A DNA stretch of 64,000 bases from the human T2T-CHM13v2.0 reference genome, Homo sapiens. Positions 48,657-64,000 of the stretch are shown here, in pieces; positions within the stretch are counted from its first letter, which is position 1, and every line of letters begins with the position of its first letter. The position numbers and the translations under genes were made by a program. The stretch lies in NCBI RefSeq assembly GCF_009914755.1, contig NC_060935.1, one strand, 5' to 3'. The notes under the pieces were generated by a model. That model did not search any database, was not told the origin of the DNA, and was given only the letters and a program-made list of their open reading frames with translations.

Positions 48657-51404
48657 CATTAACTCACTGAATCCTCCCTGCTCCTTTAAGCGGTAGGTGC
48701 TGTTATCACGTCCATTTGCAGATGAGGAAGTTGGCGATGCTGGGAGTGATGTGGATTTCCCAAAGTCACACTGGGAGCAGTGGCAGAGCTGGGCTGGACT
48801 CGTGCTCTGTCTGCTATATCTGGCCTGAAGCCCAGACCCCTGCTTCACTCTTCCCTGGCTCTCCATGGGACGGGTCAGGACTGGGACCTGTGGGTGGGGT
48901 TTGAGGGAAGGACCACCACAGGATCCAGGTGTCCGTCATCCAGTAACAGCATGCGGTGTACAGACTCTGGCAGGAGCAGCCCTCTGGATTTTCCACTGCA
49001 GGTGAATGAAAGTGAAGCCAGGTGCAACTCGAGCCCCAGAACAATACTGATAGGCCGAGAGATGGTCCAGGAAGCCTCCATTTCACCCACTGTGCCAAGC
49101 CCCTGCATGTCCCCTGGCACCAGCATCTACCCCAGCTTGGGGCCTTGGGTCCCTGGCCTGGTTATGAGCAAGTCCCTAGCCTCCTACCCTGGCTGCAGCT
49201 TGGCCCACTCCTCAAGGTACCCATGCTGGGTGAGTCAGGGGTTAAAATGAACCCTGTCCCCGTGGGGCAGCCAACCCCTTTGCTTCAGCCACTGTCATTT
49301 CCTGTTGCTCACATGAAGGGCTCCCTAACCTGCCCAGCCAGGGGAGGGACTTGCTCCCCAGGAATTCCAGGCGCTCCTGGCCCTGGGGGCAGGGGATGGG
49401 TGATGCCCCACATCCCAGTAACCTTCATGGCTTCTCTCTGCCCAGATCTGCTTGGCTTTCTGGGGTGAAAGCCTGCTTTGCTACTGGGGCCTGGATAGAG
49501 AGCCTCTAGCTGAGTTTCAGAAGCACACCTAAACAGGGTTAAGTCTCTTCCCTCCTACTCAGGTGCCCGGAAAAGGTGAGTGGGGAGTCCCAGCCAGTCC
49601 CGCCAGGTGGTTGGGAGCCCCCACAGTGGTGACCTCAGAGCTTCCTAAAGCCACTTGCTAACAGCATCAGAATGTGCTGACCTTGAAGGACAAGGTGGGT
49701 GAGAGGGGGCCCTGTATCCTTCCATCTGCACTCTGACCCTGCCTCCCAGCTGCTTGGGTCACCTGCTGCACTATCTGGGCACAAGTGTCTGGTCCTGGAG
49801 GATGGGATGAGGGAATCCTGGCAGGTGTAGAGGACATGGGTAGAGTAGGGGATGGGGGGGCGGGGGCATATTTATGCTCAAACAGTCCTTGAACTCCGCC
49901 TACTCCTCTCAGGCCCCAGGGCCTGGGCTGGCCTCCTCCCCTCCAGCCTGTCACTAGGCTTTGTCTATCAGGGGCTAGCACCCGCTGATCCACCAGCCTA
50001 ATCCTCTTGCCTCCCCTGGCAGGGGGTCATCCAAGGGAATTTGGGTCCATTTCTCTTTCTTGTGCTCCCAGTAGTTACCCAAGAGCTGGGGGAGGGGAGG
50101 AGGTAAGATAAAGAGACTGGAGATTAAGGCAAGAATCCTGACTGGTGGAGAAGAAGTGGATGGGCCCAGGGCAGTTTCTATAGGGTGCTCCTTGATTTGG
50201 GGTTGTGAGTGGGTGGGCATCTATACACTTCCAAGACAAGGCAAAGAAATGGGCCTCCAGGTAGTATTGGGATCCTTAAATTCTCTTTTCCAAGCACCTC
50301 TGCCCAGGTACTCTCCTGGTGCCCCCTCCCAAGGGGAGAGCCCCGGTCTCCTTCCTTCTCCTCTAGGGCGTCATCTTTCCTCTGTTCTCAGCCTCCGGAG
50401 GAGCCTTTGGTCTTGCCCCTGACACCCACCGGGCCCAATGGGGTGGCCTCTCACATGCTCTCCCAGATTCACTGATGTCTTTCCTCTAGGTAGAGTCCCA
50501 GAGAAGCTCAGATACCAAAGGGGCAGCTACTGACCTGTGTCCAGGGGCACTGGATGGGAGCTGGGGGCTTCTCCTTCCCCAGCAGGGCAGGGAATGCAGT
50601 GGAAAGCCCAGAAGCTGGAGCCTGACTCTGGGCTGGGTAATCCGGAGCTCAGGTTACTGACTCCGATATATATAGTATCTTATCTGACCTCGCAGACTCG
50701 CAGAGATGGCGAGTGCAACTCACTTGCATTCCAAGCCCCAGGAGAATTAAAGGGGCAGTGGCGTGCTCACCTTGAGGGGCTGCCCTTTCGGGCCAGTGCC
50801 AGCCAAGGAGGTCTGTGAGGACTCTTGGAAGGGGGGCATTTTGAAGGGGAACAATCGGGAGATTCAAGAGGAAAGAGGATTGAAAAGAGCACAGAGGGGT
50901 GGGGGTGGAACTTGAGACAAAAATATGGAGAAAGTGGATTTTCCAGAGCAGTCAGTCACAGAATTAGAGAACAGGAAGAAGCCATACAGTTAGCCCCACT
51001 CTTAATTTTGAGATAGAGTAGACCTAGAGAAAGAAAGCAGCTTGCTCAAGGGCATGTGCAGATAGCGAGAAGCAGAAAGGGGACTAGTACTCAGGTTTCA
51101 GTCCAATATTCTTTTCTAATGGACTTCTAGGCCTGGGATTGGAGGCTAGTTCTTTCCCTTATTGGCTCTGAAATAGTGGATAAGTCACTTAAGTTCTCTG
51201 AACCTTAGCTATTTAATCTGCAAAACGGGACTAATAGTAATAATAGTGGTCTATCTCAGTTGTGAGGATTAAATAAAATAATATTTGTAAATTTCATGGC
51301 CCATAGAGTTCAATAAACATTGATGATTATATTGAATACTTCCACTTCTTATTATAATTAGTGGTATTATTAATAATAGCGCCTTACCAGGTGAACCTTC
51401 CTAG

Positions 51405-51746
<342 letters not shown>

Positions 51747-53003
51747 CGGAAGTGTGCCTTTCTAATGCCAGAGAACAGTCCCTTGGTTTTCTGAACTGAC
51801 CATGTCCCATAACTGGGAAGGGCAAACAAGGCTTGCCATCTTCCTAGACGTCCAGTCCACCAAGCAGAGAAAGGCCAAGCCCATCTGGGCTCCTTCCCCC
51901 TTTGCCTAGAAAAATACGGCAAGTGCAGCTTCCCCCAGGCCACCAGGAGAATGCTTGGCCCCTCTGGGGTGGTTCCACTCTACCTGTGGGAGGGCTCAGG
52001 ATTCCAGGGCCACAGAGCCGGGCTGGGCAGGGTCACAAGAGGAAGGAACGGGGTTCTTAGCCTCTCTGGCCTTGGTGCACTTGTCTGCTCCCAGGACGTT
52101 TCTCGATGGCTCTCCCCGAGGACTGGGAGTACCCAGCCTGGTGCCTCCACCCTGTCTTAGCACAGGCTACTGACTCAGCCCAGGTCCTAATGATGCACTT
52201 CAGAGGACGCCCTCATTCCAGTCCTCATTCTGACTCCAGTCTGACATGCATCTACAGCATCAAAGGAGGGGGCCTGCCTCGACCTTAGCCCAATCAGCTC
52301 TCCTTTCCTCTGCTTTACGGGGGTCCATCTGGGGGATGTTCTCATGCCCATTCCAGGGGAGGTGAGCAGCCCCTACCACTACCTCCAGCTCAGTCCCATT
52401 CTAAAGGCAGCCAGGTCAGGAGGTAGGATGTTCACTCTTCAGGGAAGGGCTAGAATGGGTTGGCTAGGGCTTCCCTTGACTGTTGAGAAGTTGCTCTCTC
52501 CGGAGCACCGCGTGCCTGCTTCTGGTTTGGGACTGGTGAGAATTTCAAAGCTGCCTCTTTCTGGTTTGGGATTGGTGGAAAATCTCCCCTTCCGCTTAAT
52601 TGTTGCCCAACCCCCGCCCCTAACCCCCTTTAGCAAACTGACCGGGGAGCTTTAAGAGCAGCGAGTGAGCTGCACGCACACGTGGGGAGGGGGTTTGTCA
52701 GTGTCGCTCAGGCCACATACCACCGATATACACGGGGCACAGCGAGGAGGACCCGCCAAAGCAGCATTTCCTTAGAATACACTGATCAGCACACAGTTGG
52801 CTCTTCCTGGCACCCTGGGCTGTCAGCAGGCAGCCCTCACACAACTGGCAGACACAGCTGGAGCGTCCCTGCACAGCCGGCTCTCTCCCTATATTTCTAG
52901 TGTCCACTCTGCCCAGAATGTCGTGGACACCTTACTTTCTGAGCTCCAAACCGGCACTGATCCCCGAATCCTCCCTCCCGGATCCCCGACAGGTGGCACG
53001 TAC

Positions 53004-53048
53004 CTGCCTCTTCTTGGAGGATGGACGAGTCGAACCGGGCACAAGCAT
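53004..53048 (-). CDS. USP2: USP2 exon-1 coding segment of exon-2-skipped isoform (362 aa)
   Basis: ATG at 53048, MLVPGSTRPSSKKRQ|gtacgt, phase 0 matches the acceptor at 31763. Confidence 0.7.
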
Positions 53049-53309
53049 GGAGCTGCGGGTGAGTCCCGGCTGGCGCTGGCGCGGCGCAGTGAGCACCAGC
53101 TGACGAAGAGGGCTCCCCGGCCTCGGCTCCTGCCTGACTCTCTCCCACCTCCGCCGGGGGCCCAGAAGGGACCTCCCCGGGAAATCGGCGCCACCCAGCG
53201 GGCAGCCGCCTCATCGCGCCTGGGCCGGCAGAGCCACACCCCGCGTCTCGCGTCACTGAGTCGCGTCACGGCTATTGGCTTGTTCCTACTGTGGCGTCAT
53301 TAGAGCCCG

Positions 53310-53439
53310 GCCTCCGGCTGGGGCCACCCAGGCAACCGATATACACAGAGAACCACGTGGAGGAAAAGCACGCGAGTTTGGAGCGGGTGGAGCAGGAACA
53401 GAGGTGGACTGGAATGTCACACGACGGGGCAGCTGGAAG
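53310..53439 (+). ncRNA. USP2-AS1: Probable first exon of divergent lncRNA USP2-AS1
   Basis: Known head-to-head lncRNA at this promoter (recalled); candidate donor AAG|gtattg at 53440; boundaries not established from sequence. Confidence 0.4.
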
Positions 53440-54096
53440 GTATTGGGAAAGAAGAGGCGTCATGGGAGAAGGCTCGGAACTTGAGCCCTGGGGCGTATCA
53501 ACTTTCAGTTTTTAGGGAAGGCTAAACGTCCCCCACTCCCCTTCTCACTGGGCTGGGGGAGGTCCTGTTCCTCAGCCTCTTCTCTTTTTCTCTGCTGTCA
53601 AAGACACTCTCCGCTCATTTTACTTTCATGGGACCAGTGATTAGTGATGAATGCCTGAGTGGGTAAACGGAGGCACTGAGTCAATGAAAGAATTCTCTTT
53701 GGTCTTTTCAAGAAAAAGCCGAGACAAAACTTGAATTTTTGCTGCTCCCATTCCTTTTATGTAACCTTCTCCCGACTCCCCCGATGTTGATGAGGAAAAT
53801 CGCACAACCAGGTAGCTGGGTACCAAGGCGAATCCAGGTTTTCAACTTCAGCTGCTCCATCAACCCTTGCAGCTGCCGTTAACTCCTCCCATCTTCACCA
53901 TAGATCTCTCTCTCCATCGCTACTCTCCTCAAGTCCTTCCTTCTCTTCTATTTCCCAGAGAAATCAGACGCAATCAAGAGGGGAATTCTTAAATTTCTAC
54001 CTACAAACATGTCTGAATCCATTCTTATCAGGAGCAGTGAAAGAGGCACCCCTGTTCTTGTCCAAGGCACGATTCCCTTCTTGATTTCAACTCTTG

Positions 54097-54607
54097 TTTT
54101 GTTTTTGTTTTTGTTTTTTGTTTTTTTGAGACGGAGTGTCGTCGCTCTTGTTGCCAAGGCTGGAGTGCAATGGCGCGATCTCAGCTCACTGCAACCTCCA
54201 GGTTCAAGCAATTCTGCCTCAGCCTCCCAAGTAGCTGGGATTACAGGCGTGCGCCACCACGCCAGGCCGATTTTTTTTTTTATAGAGTCTTGCTCTGTTG
54301 TCCAGGCTGGAGTGCAATGGCATAATCTCGGCTCACTGCAACCTCCTCCTCCCGGGTTCAAGTGATTCTTGTGCCTCAGCCTCCCCCGAGTAGCTGGGAT
54401 TACAGGAGCCCACCACCACGCCTGGCTAATTTTTGAATTTTTAGTAGAGACAGGGTTTCACCGTGTTGGTCAGGCTGGTCTTGAACTCCTGACCTCAGGT
54501 GATCCACCAGCCTCAGACCCCCAAAGTGCTGGGATTACAGGTGTGAGCCACTGCACCCGGCCCCAGCTAATTTTTTGTATTTAGTAGAGATGGGGTTTCA
54601 CCATGTT
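54097..54607 (-). mobile_element. Nested Alus (full Alu ~54270-54561 inside the linker of another)
   Basis: Right arm, complete Alu, then remnant left arm. Confidence 0.85.
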
Positions 54608-54649
54608 ATATTTCCTTAAGGCCCTCATTCCATCACTTCATTTTACAGA

Positions 54650-56750
54650 TGGATATTGGACATGCCAGTCACTCTTCTAGAAACTGGGGATATAGCAGGG
54701 AACAAAACAGGCACAATCCCTGCCCTCAGGGAGCTTACATTCTAGTAGAAGCAGGACTAAATAAGTAGAATATGTAATATGTTAGATGATGCTAAGAGCT
54801 ATGGGGCACATCAAGCAAGGAGGAGGTGCGTTCGGAGAAGGTAACATTCAAGTGACCTGAGGGAGGCTAGGCGTGAACTACACATAAATGTGGGGAAAGA
54901 ATGTTCTAGGCAGAGAGAAGAGTAAAAGTAAAGGTCCTGAGGTGGGAGCGACCTGCCACTTTCGAGGAAGAACAAAGTCAATGTGGCTGGAGTGAAGAGA
55001 GAGAAAGATAGGGAAAGAGTGGGAGACGCGATCAGAGAGGTCAGAGAAGGACCCAGCCTGTAGGTCCCCAAGGCCATTCTGAGGACTTTGGCTTTTATGA
55101 AGCTACTGGAAGGTTTTGAAACAGGGTTGTCCAATCTTTTGGCTTCCCTGGGTTATGGTAGAAGAAGAATTATTGTTTTGGGCCACACATAAAATACACT
55201 AACACTAAAGATAGCTGATGAGCTTTAAAAAAAACTCATAATGTTTTAAGAAAGTTTACGAATTTGTGTGGGGCCACATTCAAAGCCATCCTGGGCCACA
55301 TGTGGCCTGCATACTGTGGGTTGGACAAGTTTGTTTTGAGCAGAGGAGGGACACGGATCTGATTTTTGTTTTAACAAAATACCTTTTGCTACTGTGTAGA
55401 GAACAGCTCTGAAGAGAGCAGAAGCGGGAGACCATTTAGGAGGTCATTGTGAGCGTCTGGTTAGTGTGGTAGCAGGACAGGTGATGCAAAGTGGTGGATT
55501 TTGGAAGTATTTTGAATGTGGACTAACAGGATTTTCTGATGAATTAGGCAGTGTGGGGAGGAGGGAGGAATTTTTCACCTGAACTTTAACTGAGGAGGGG
55601 AAGGCTATGGTAGGATAATCGCTTGAACCTGGGAGGCAGAGGTTTCGGTGAGCCGAGATGGTGCCACTGTACTCCAGCCTGGGCGACAGAGCAAGACACA
55701 GTTTCAAAACAAAAAACAAAAAACATATGTCTACTAGGCATCAAAATGGAGATGTCAAGAAAGCAGCTGCATATGCAAGTTTGGTGTGGTCTGGGCTGGC
55801 GATAAAAGATTGAGAGTCATCAGCATATGGAAGTTATTTAAAGCCAGGAGATGAGAAGAATTACCAAGGGAGCAAGTGTAGATAGAAAAGATGTGCAAGG
55901 ACTTAATTCTGGAGCTCTCCAATATGAGCTTGAGATCAGTTGGAACTGTCAGAGAGATGGAGGCATAGGACCAGTGTAGAGAGGAAAAAATCCCAGGAGA
56001 TGGTGGTATGCTAAAGGCCAAGAGAAGGAAACTTACCAAGGAGGAGGGAAAGGTCAATTGTGTCAAATGTGGCCCATAAATTATGTAAGATGAGTTTGAG
56101 AATTGATTGATTGATTTTTTTTTTGTTTTATGTTTTGTCCCTCCCTTGCCCCCCTACTGGAAAGTATATAGAGCAAAGATAATTGATTGAAGGTCATTGG
56201 TGATTTTGACGAGAACAGTTTTGGTGGAGTGGTGGGGGTAAAAGTCTGATTGCGGATGAGTTTAAGAAAGAATGGGAGGAGAGGGATGGCAGCAGTATAG
56301 ACAACTCTTTGGAGGAGTTTTCTTGTAAAGGAAGGAGAGAAATTGGATGGGAGCTAAAAGGAGAAGCGAGGTCAAGAAAACTTTTTAAGTGGGAAAAAAT
56401 AGTTATATGTTATATGCTGATGGGGAAGAGGCAGTAGAGAGTGAAGATTGACAATGCAGTGGGGAGTGAGGAGAATGTCTGAAGAAATGTCCCTGATGAG
56501 GGGAGAAGGGATTGGACAGAGTCCAGAAGCAGAGGGGCTGGCTTTGGTTAGAGGACTGATGGCTCATGAAAAGTAAAAAGAGAGAAGGCACGATATTTGG
56601 GCATAGATGTGGGAAGACGGATTGATGTGGGGGAAGCTGGTGGATATTATCTCTTTGTAGCCTTTTTTTTTTTTCTCTTAGTGAATTAGGAAGCAGGGTC
56701 AGCTGACTGTGAGGATGAAGGGGAAAGGCTTAGAAGTTTGAACCTAGAGG
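54650..56750. mobile_element. Fragmented L2 LINE (interrupted by MER30 and an Alu arm)
   Basis: ccctgccctcagggagcttacattctagt, gagtcatcagcatatgg..tttaaagcca and other L2-type phrases. Confidence 0.65.
55122..55333. mobile_element. MER30-like hAT element
   Basis: ttgtccaatcttttggcttccctgg ... ttggacaa inverted termini. Confidence 0.8.
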
Positions 56751-56773
56751 TGGAGTTCTAAAGTCACTGAGAA

Positions 56774-57172
56774 CAGTGATTCTCAAACTTTAGTGTGTAT
56801 CAAAACCACCTAGAGAGCCTATTAAAGCCCTCCCACAGCCTGGGCAACATAGAGAGACCCCATCTCTACAAAAAATAAAAAAATCAGCCAGGTGTGGTGG
56901 TGTGCGCTTGTGGTCCAGCTACTCAGGAGGCTGAGATGGGAGGATTGCTTGAGCCTGGGAGCTCAAGGCTGCAGTGAGCTGTGATTGTGCCACTGCACTC
57001 CAGCCTGAGCTACAGGGTGAGATGCTATCTCAAAAGAAAAAAAAAAAAAAGCCCTCCTTTCCCCCAGACGTTCTGATTCAGTAGGTCTAGGATGGGCCCA
57101 GGAATCTGCATTTCTAACAAGTTCCGGGTGATGCTGCAGTCGCCTGTATGGGGATGACCCTTTGAGAACTAC
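56774..57172. mobile_element. MER5-like hAT element containing a partial Alu (56837-57050)
   Basis: cagtgattctcaaact ... ctttgagaactactg inverted termini. Confidence 0.75.
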
Positions 57173-58031
57173 TGTGTGAGAGAGTGGGGCAGTGACTGGA
57201 CTCGAATTCCCACAAATGCAGTGTGGTTGTCAGGTAGCATCAGGGGCCCAGCTGAGGTTAGAAATCATGATTTGAAAGTGTCTCCAATCACATCCCACTC
57301 ACAATTGCTTGCACATGTTTGGAGTCCTATCTCTTTAAAACTTCCATTTTCTACTGACTTTTCCTTTGACATATAAAAGGCTCCACACCCTTCCTCTTTA
57401 AAAAATGAAAATCTTTAACTTAGGTTCTAGCTCTCCCCTCTTCACAATTCTCTTGGCAGAGTTGTGCATGCTATATTTCCTACCTCCTAGTCTATGCAGC
57501 ATCCACAACACATCTGCTCTCCCTCCAACCTCAGGACTCTTCTGTTAGGCATCATTACTGATCTAGATGCTAAATCCAATGGGCACTTTTTAGTTGTAAT
57601 CAGGCACTTGACCACCTACAAATCTGATACCTCCAACCATTTCCTCCCTCAGCTGTGTCCTCCTTTAGGTTTTGTGGACACACTGCTTTTCTGGTTTTCC
57701 TCCTGACAGCTGTCACCTTCTCATTCTCCTTTTCCCCTGATGTTCCTTTATCCTCCTTTCAGAGCAGCGTATAGCACAGTGGTTGTTATATGTGAAGGTT
57801 GTAGATTTACTGGGATAACTTCTGATTTCTCTGGCTCCTAGCTGTGAGACATGAAACATTTATATCTGTTTCTTCATATATTTACAAAAGTGAGGCTGGG
57901 CATGGTAGCATGTGCCTGTGGTCCTAGCTGCCTGGGAGGCTGAGGTGGGAGGATGGCTTGAGCTCAGGAGTTTGAGTCCAGCTTGGGCAACATAGGGAGA
58001 CATTGCCACTTAAAAAAAAAAAAAAAAGATA

Positions 58032-58342
<311 letters not shown>

Positions 58343-58560
58343 TCACAGGGTTCTCATTTGAGGATCCAATGAGTCAGTATGCATAAAAAGCTTACAACAA
58401 TGCCTGGCACATAGTGAGTATGTAAGGTCATCACTCCGAGCTACTACTCATCCGTCAGGTGCTACTTGTGTAGGCTGATGATGCAAAAATCTGTATTTTC
58501 AAGCAGGCCTCATTCCTGAGCAGCAGTCATAATTATCCACCTGCCTCCTGACATCCCTAG

Positions 58561-59029
<469 letters not shown>

Positions 59030-60741
59030 ACAGTCCCTTGATTCTTATAGTGGTATTATCTTATTCTACAGACTCAGATATGCAGGAGCATACACATAAC
59101 ATTGTTTTTTCTATAATATAACTACATTTATAATATTTTTTACACACTTTTTATTTTTCTGAGACTGTCTTGCTATGTTGCGCAGGCTAGTCTCGAACTC
59201 CAGGGCTTAAGGGATCCTCTGGCCTCAGTCTCCAAGTAGCTGGGACTACAGATGTATGCCACAGTGCCTGGCTCTTATGTTTCTATTCTGAGCCAGCTTC
59301 TATTCTCCTGGAATGTTGGATGCTTCATTTTAATCCATTGGTGGAATCACCCCTCCTCTCTCCAGGGATTGCCTTAATTCTGGGAGGGTGTCTCTTATGT
59401 ATATATTTTGCCAAAGCACTGGTGGAAGTGGGTCCTGTTATTAAGTGGCCACTCAATGTCCTCTGAGATATCCTCTGCCTGGCTCCTGCTTGTATGGCCT
59501 CTTTAGGTCTGGTGTCTGTGTGCTACCTCTCAGTTGCTCTTGGACACAGGGTTCATTCTACTGCTCCCATGCCCTGGAGTAGCATGAGAAAGTGTGGCAC
59601 TGTCTATGGTTCAAGCTGCCTCCACAATAGGCTACCCTCTGCAGCCATGTCTTCTTTTGGGGGGTCTTGTCTCCTTCCTAAGGCTCTGCCTTGGATATAG
59701 TTCTGGGGCTCCACTGCCATCAGGTCTCAGAAACTTACTTGGGGGTTTTGCTGTCTCTCTGCACTCAGGTGCCTGAGGACAGAACCCACCACTGTCTGTG
59801 CTGTCACTACGTTCCCGCTGGCTCTTGCCTGCGAGTTGTGCTCATGTCATGGAACTGGGGTGAAATCAGTGCGAGGCCTTGCTTTATCCAGAATATTTCC
59901 TGCACATCTTCTATCCAGACTGGGAGTCCTTTCTGTTTTCCTAAGGGCCTGCCTAGGCGATTGAAATTCAAAAGTCAGAAGTGGCTTTCTGTTTCCCCTC
60001 GTTTTTGTTGCATCTTTTCACTGAGACATCAGCGCAAAAGCTGGGCTGCTCAAGCTGAGGCCATAGGAGAGAAGGGGAAGAAACCACAAATAATATTGTA
60101 AGATGTCATCATATCCCCTATATCCAGTGGGCGCCATGGATTCTACGTCTTTAGCCACCCTAAAATTTCCCCCTTTTCACCCACATTGCTTCTGTCGTAG
60201 TTTGGGGTTTTATTGTTATATTTCTTCTGGTTTGAGAGTATTCCCTTCCTAATCACAGGGTTAGGTTGCTGAAACAATGGGAGGTTTTGCAGATGAAGAT
60301 CCTTGATAAAAGATAAGATTCAGAAAACTGAACGACCTATGAAATGCCTGATAAATACCGTATCTTCACTAGAATCACAACTAAAATTTAGCACACTAAA
60401 TAAATTATCAACAACAGATCTGAAATTAGTAGTAGTGTGTATTGTGTAATTTCCACGTATCCCTGGGTGATTTAATGTTTTTAGGATTTCCCTGCAGTTC
60501 CAACAAGAGAGTGGTAAATCCAGTTTGTTTTGATGCAGATGATATATTGTTAGATATTCTCTTTGGGTCAAGTTGCTAATCCAGACATCCAATACCTTCT
60601 GATTTGAGGATTTCCAGTTATTGCCCTCACTGGCCCCATCGTGGTCTTCAAAACAGCTTTGGGGGACCTGGTTTGAGATTAGATCCTGAGATTTTTGAAA
60701 CCTTGGTAAGGGGAAGCAGGAAAAACTATTTAAAAGTTGCA

Positions 60742-61535
<794 letters not shown>

Positions 61536-62099
61536 GACAGGTGGTGGGGATAAGTGTCTTGCTTACCTCTCTTCTGGTAAGCAGCCCTGCTCTCTGGAGC
61601 TCCTGGTGTCTGGTTTTGGTATCGCCATCTTTTGTTGCTGGCAGCTGCTGGCTTCAGGGAACTTCATCTCCTTTACAACTGGCTCCTGGCCCATTGTCTT
61701 CCTCTCTGCCCTTCTCCTTCATCATCTTGGGATGTCAGCAGCCAGAGAGCTGGCCTGTCACTTTGGACCTCTTGAGTCCCTTTCTCATTGTGGCTCATCT
61801 GCCCACCCGCCAGCATCTTCACGTCCTTACACAGTAGACTCTACAATGCCTCATTAGACTCTCTCCTTTGCCAACTTCCTTCAATTTTTTGCCCCTCCTT
61901 CTTTCTGCTGTTCTTGCCTGGAAACACCTGGATCTTTGCTGAAGCCATCTTCTCCACCACCCTGTGCCTGCACTCACACAGTTGGAAGATACAGATCACC
62001 TGATTAGGTCCACTTTACGTTCAGGACCACAGACCTCAGATGGACATACTCAGCACTGCCCAGCATCTCTATTATGTTTCCCTGGTATGTTTATTTGCC

Positions 62100-62521
62100 T
62101 GCCATATTTTCTATTGCTGTATAACACATGCCCCAAAATCTAGTGGCTAAAAAAATACCCATTTATTTTATTATTATTTTTTAAAAAATGATAGACATGA
62201 GGTCTCATATGTTGCCCAGGCTGGTTTCAAACTCCTGAGTTCAAGCAATCCTCCTGCCTCAGCCTCCCAAAGTGCTAGGATTACAGGCATGAGCCACTGC
62301 ACCTGGACAATATCCATTTCTTATCTTATAGCCTGTAGGTCAGAAGTCCTGGTGGGCTCAGCTGGTTCTCTGGTCAGGGTCCCACAAGACCAAATTCAAG
62401 GTGTCAGCTGGGCTGGACTCATGTCTGGAGGCTTGGGGCAAGGATCGACTTCCAGGTTCATTCAGGTTGTTGGTAGACTCCAATTCCTCATGGCTGCAGG
62501 TGTGTGGCCCCTATTTCCTTG
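62100..62521. mobile_element. MLT1-type MaLR LTR fragment with inserted Alu monomer (~62190-62307)
   Basis: ctattgctgtataac..caaggtgtcagctgggctg..ttcaggttgttgg. Confidence 0.65.
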
Positions 62522-63335
62522 CGTTAAAGAAAAATCTGAGGCGCAATAATGTTTTTGAGTTTATTTGAGTAAGAAGCAATTGATGAATTGGGAAACACCA
62601 AACTGAAGAGGTCTGTTCTGGCGGCAAGCCATCAGGGGCAAGTATTTATGGGGTAAATACAGAAGCAAAATCAATAAATTATTTGGTTGGTTGCAATTAT
62701 ACAATTGCCTTATTTGGCCTATCCTGTTGGAAAGTCCTTGGTTATATAGTATAACTGTTTTGGCTATTTCTGACTGGTTGAGCCTATGATTTGTTTTTCC
62801 TTAATATAGGCATTTATAAGAAAAAAGTCAAGTTTCACTTATGTTTGCAAATCAAGCAAGGTTTAGGTCTCGTTATGAAGCCTCACTGGTTTTGTCTGCT
62901 CAGGGATTCTTCAGGCCTAGTATCTCTTTAAATTTACTCTAAGAGCTCCCCGCTTTTGGTCATTCTCCCAGCAAGCTGAGAGTGTGACCGAACAGTATAG
63001 CATTACTCTCGGTAACCAGGTTACCATTATTGACTAGTTACTGGAACAAAGAATCGTGTAGATGTTGTCATTCTCAACAGTTGCATTGGAATGTAAGGTC
63101 AGGTAGTTATCATTATCTGCAGTTGCAGAGTCATCATAGGCTTGAGTGGTGGGGTTGTTGCGTTCTTCTAGTTGTCTAATCCTGACGGCAATTGTTTGAT
63201 GTGTGAGTGGTTAGGGTCTCACACCTGAATGCTGCTGGAAAGCATTCAAATCCCTTGAGAGGATACAGTGGACTACAGAGATGAAAACCATGATTATAAG
63301 GAGAATAATAGCCAATAATTGAAAATTCTCTGGAG
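62522..63335 (-). mobile_element. ERV1 (MER4-group-like) 3' LTR plus adjacent internal sequence
   Basis: LTR-like block 62522-62943 followed by polypurine-tract complement ctccccgctttt. Confidence 0.5.
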
Positions 63336-63514
63336 CAGACATTGAGCTCAGGAGTTCAAGACCAGCCTGGCCAACATGGTGAAACCCCATCTCTACTAAA
63401 AATACAAAAAGCCAAGAATTAACCCATTAAATAAATCAGTAGATCAGGTAGATCGCACCTATCTGATGAGGAACTTACATTTGTTTAAGATCATTTGAAT
63501 TGGGGGCAATAATT

Positions 63515-63874
63515 TCTTTTTTTTTTTTAAATTATTTCCATAGGTTTTTAGGGGAACAGGTGGTATTTGGTTACATGAGTAAGTTCTTTAGTGGAGATCT
63601 GTGAGATTTTGCTGCATCCATCACCTGAGCAGTGTACACTGAACCCAATTTATGGTCTTTTATCCCTCACCTTCCTCCCACCCTTTTCCCTGAGTCCCCA
63701 AAGTCCACAGTATAATTCTTACACCTTTGCATCCTCATAGCTTAGCTCCCACTTATAAGTGAGAACATATGATGTTTGGTTTTCCATTCCTGAGTTACTT
63801 CACTTAGAATAATAGTCTCCAGTTTCATCCAGGTTGCTATAAATCCATTAACTCCTTTTTATGGCTGAGTAGTA

Positions 63875-63926
<52 letters not shown>

Positions 63927-64000
63927 TATATAAATATATCACAGTTTCTTTATCCACTCATTGATTGATGGGCGTTTGGGTTGGTTCCATATTTCTGCAG
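63515..64000 (-). mobile_element. L1 (L1PB-like) 3' end containing a (TA)n microsatellite at ~63878-63940
   Basis: T-tail then gctcccacttataagtgagaacat..ttccattcctgagttacttcacttagaataat. Confidence 0.85.

Larger units (their letters stand above)
52940..53500. promoter_or_regulatory. USP2: USP2 distal CpG-island promoter (probably bidirectional); USP2 exon 1 ~53250..53004
   Basis: Donor CAG|gtacgt at 53003; half-CRE CGTCA at 53251, 53264, 53295; ATTGG 53274; E-box CACGTG 53354. Confidence 0.8.

Noticed and set aside
61540-62095. Possible processed pseudogene
   Set aside because: No protein recognised in the frames I could read; purine/pyrimidine bias fits an old L2-like fragment

Overview
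Human genomic DNA; gene content identifies it as the RNF26 - C1QTNF5/MFRP - USP2 locus (11q23.3). Exons were reconstructed from splice signals and reading-frame continuity. RNF26 is an intronless + strand gene (433 aa, transmembrane RING E3 ligase). MFRP (13 coding exons, 579 aa) and C1QTNF5 (2 coding exons, 243 aa) are on the - strand and share one poly(A) signal, matching the known bicistronic transcript. USP2 (- strand) has three alternative N-termini (605, 396 and 362 aa) spliced onto a common 347-aa catalytic core, and a probable divergent lncRNA promoter (USP2-AS1). The rest is mostly Alu, L1, L2, MIR, LTR and DNA-transposon remnants. I find no convincing new protein-coding gene or wholly new system. 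The best leads are: a ~1 kb Alu-tail-derived (CCCCT/CTCCT)n higher-order repeat between the USP2 poly(A) site and the MFRP promoter; a USP2 exon-1 AUG that is an overlapping uORF or a true start depending on exon-2 splicing; a U12-type intron in USP2; a uORF whose stop overlaps the MFRP start (AUGA); an in-frame, weak-donor intron in the MFRP Frizzled domain; and D-boxes near both USP2 promoters. Repeat subfamily calls and boundaries are by eye and approximate.
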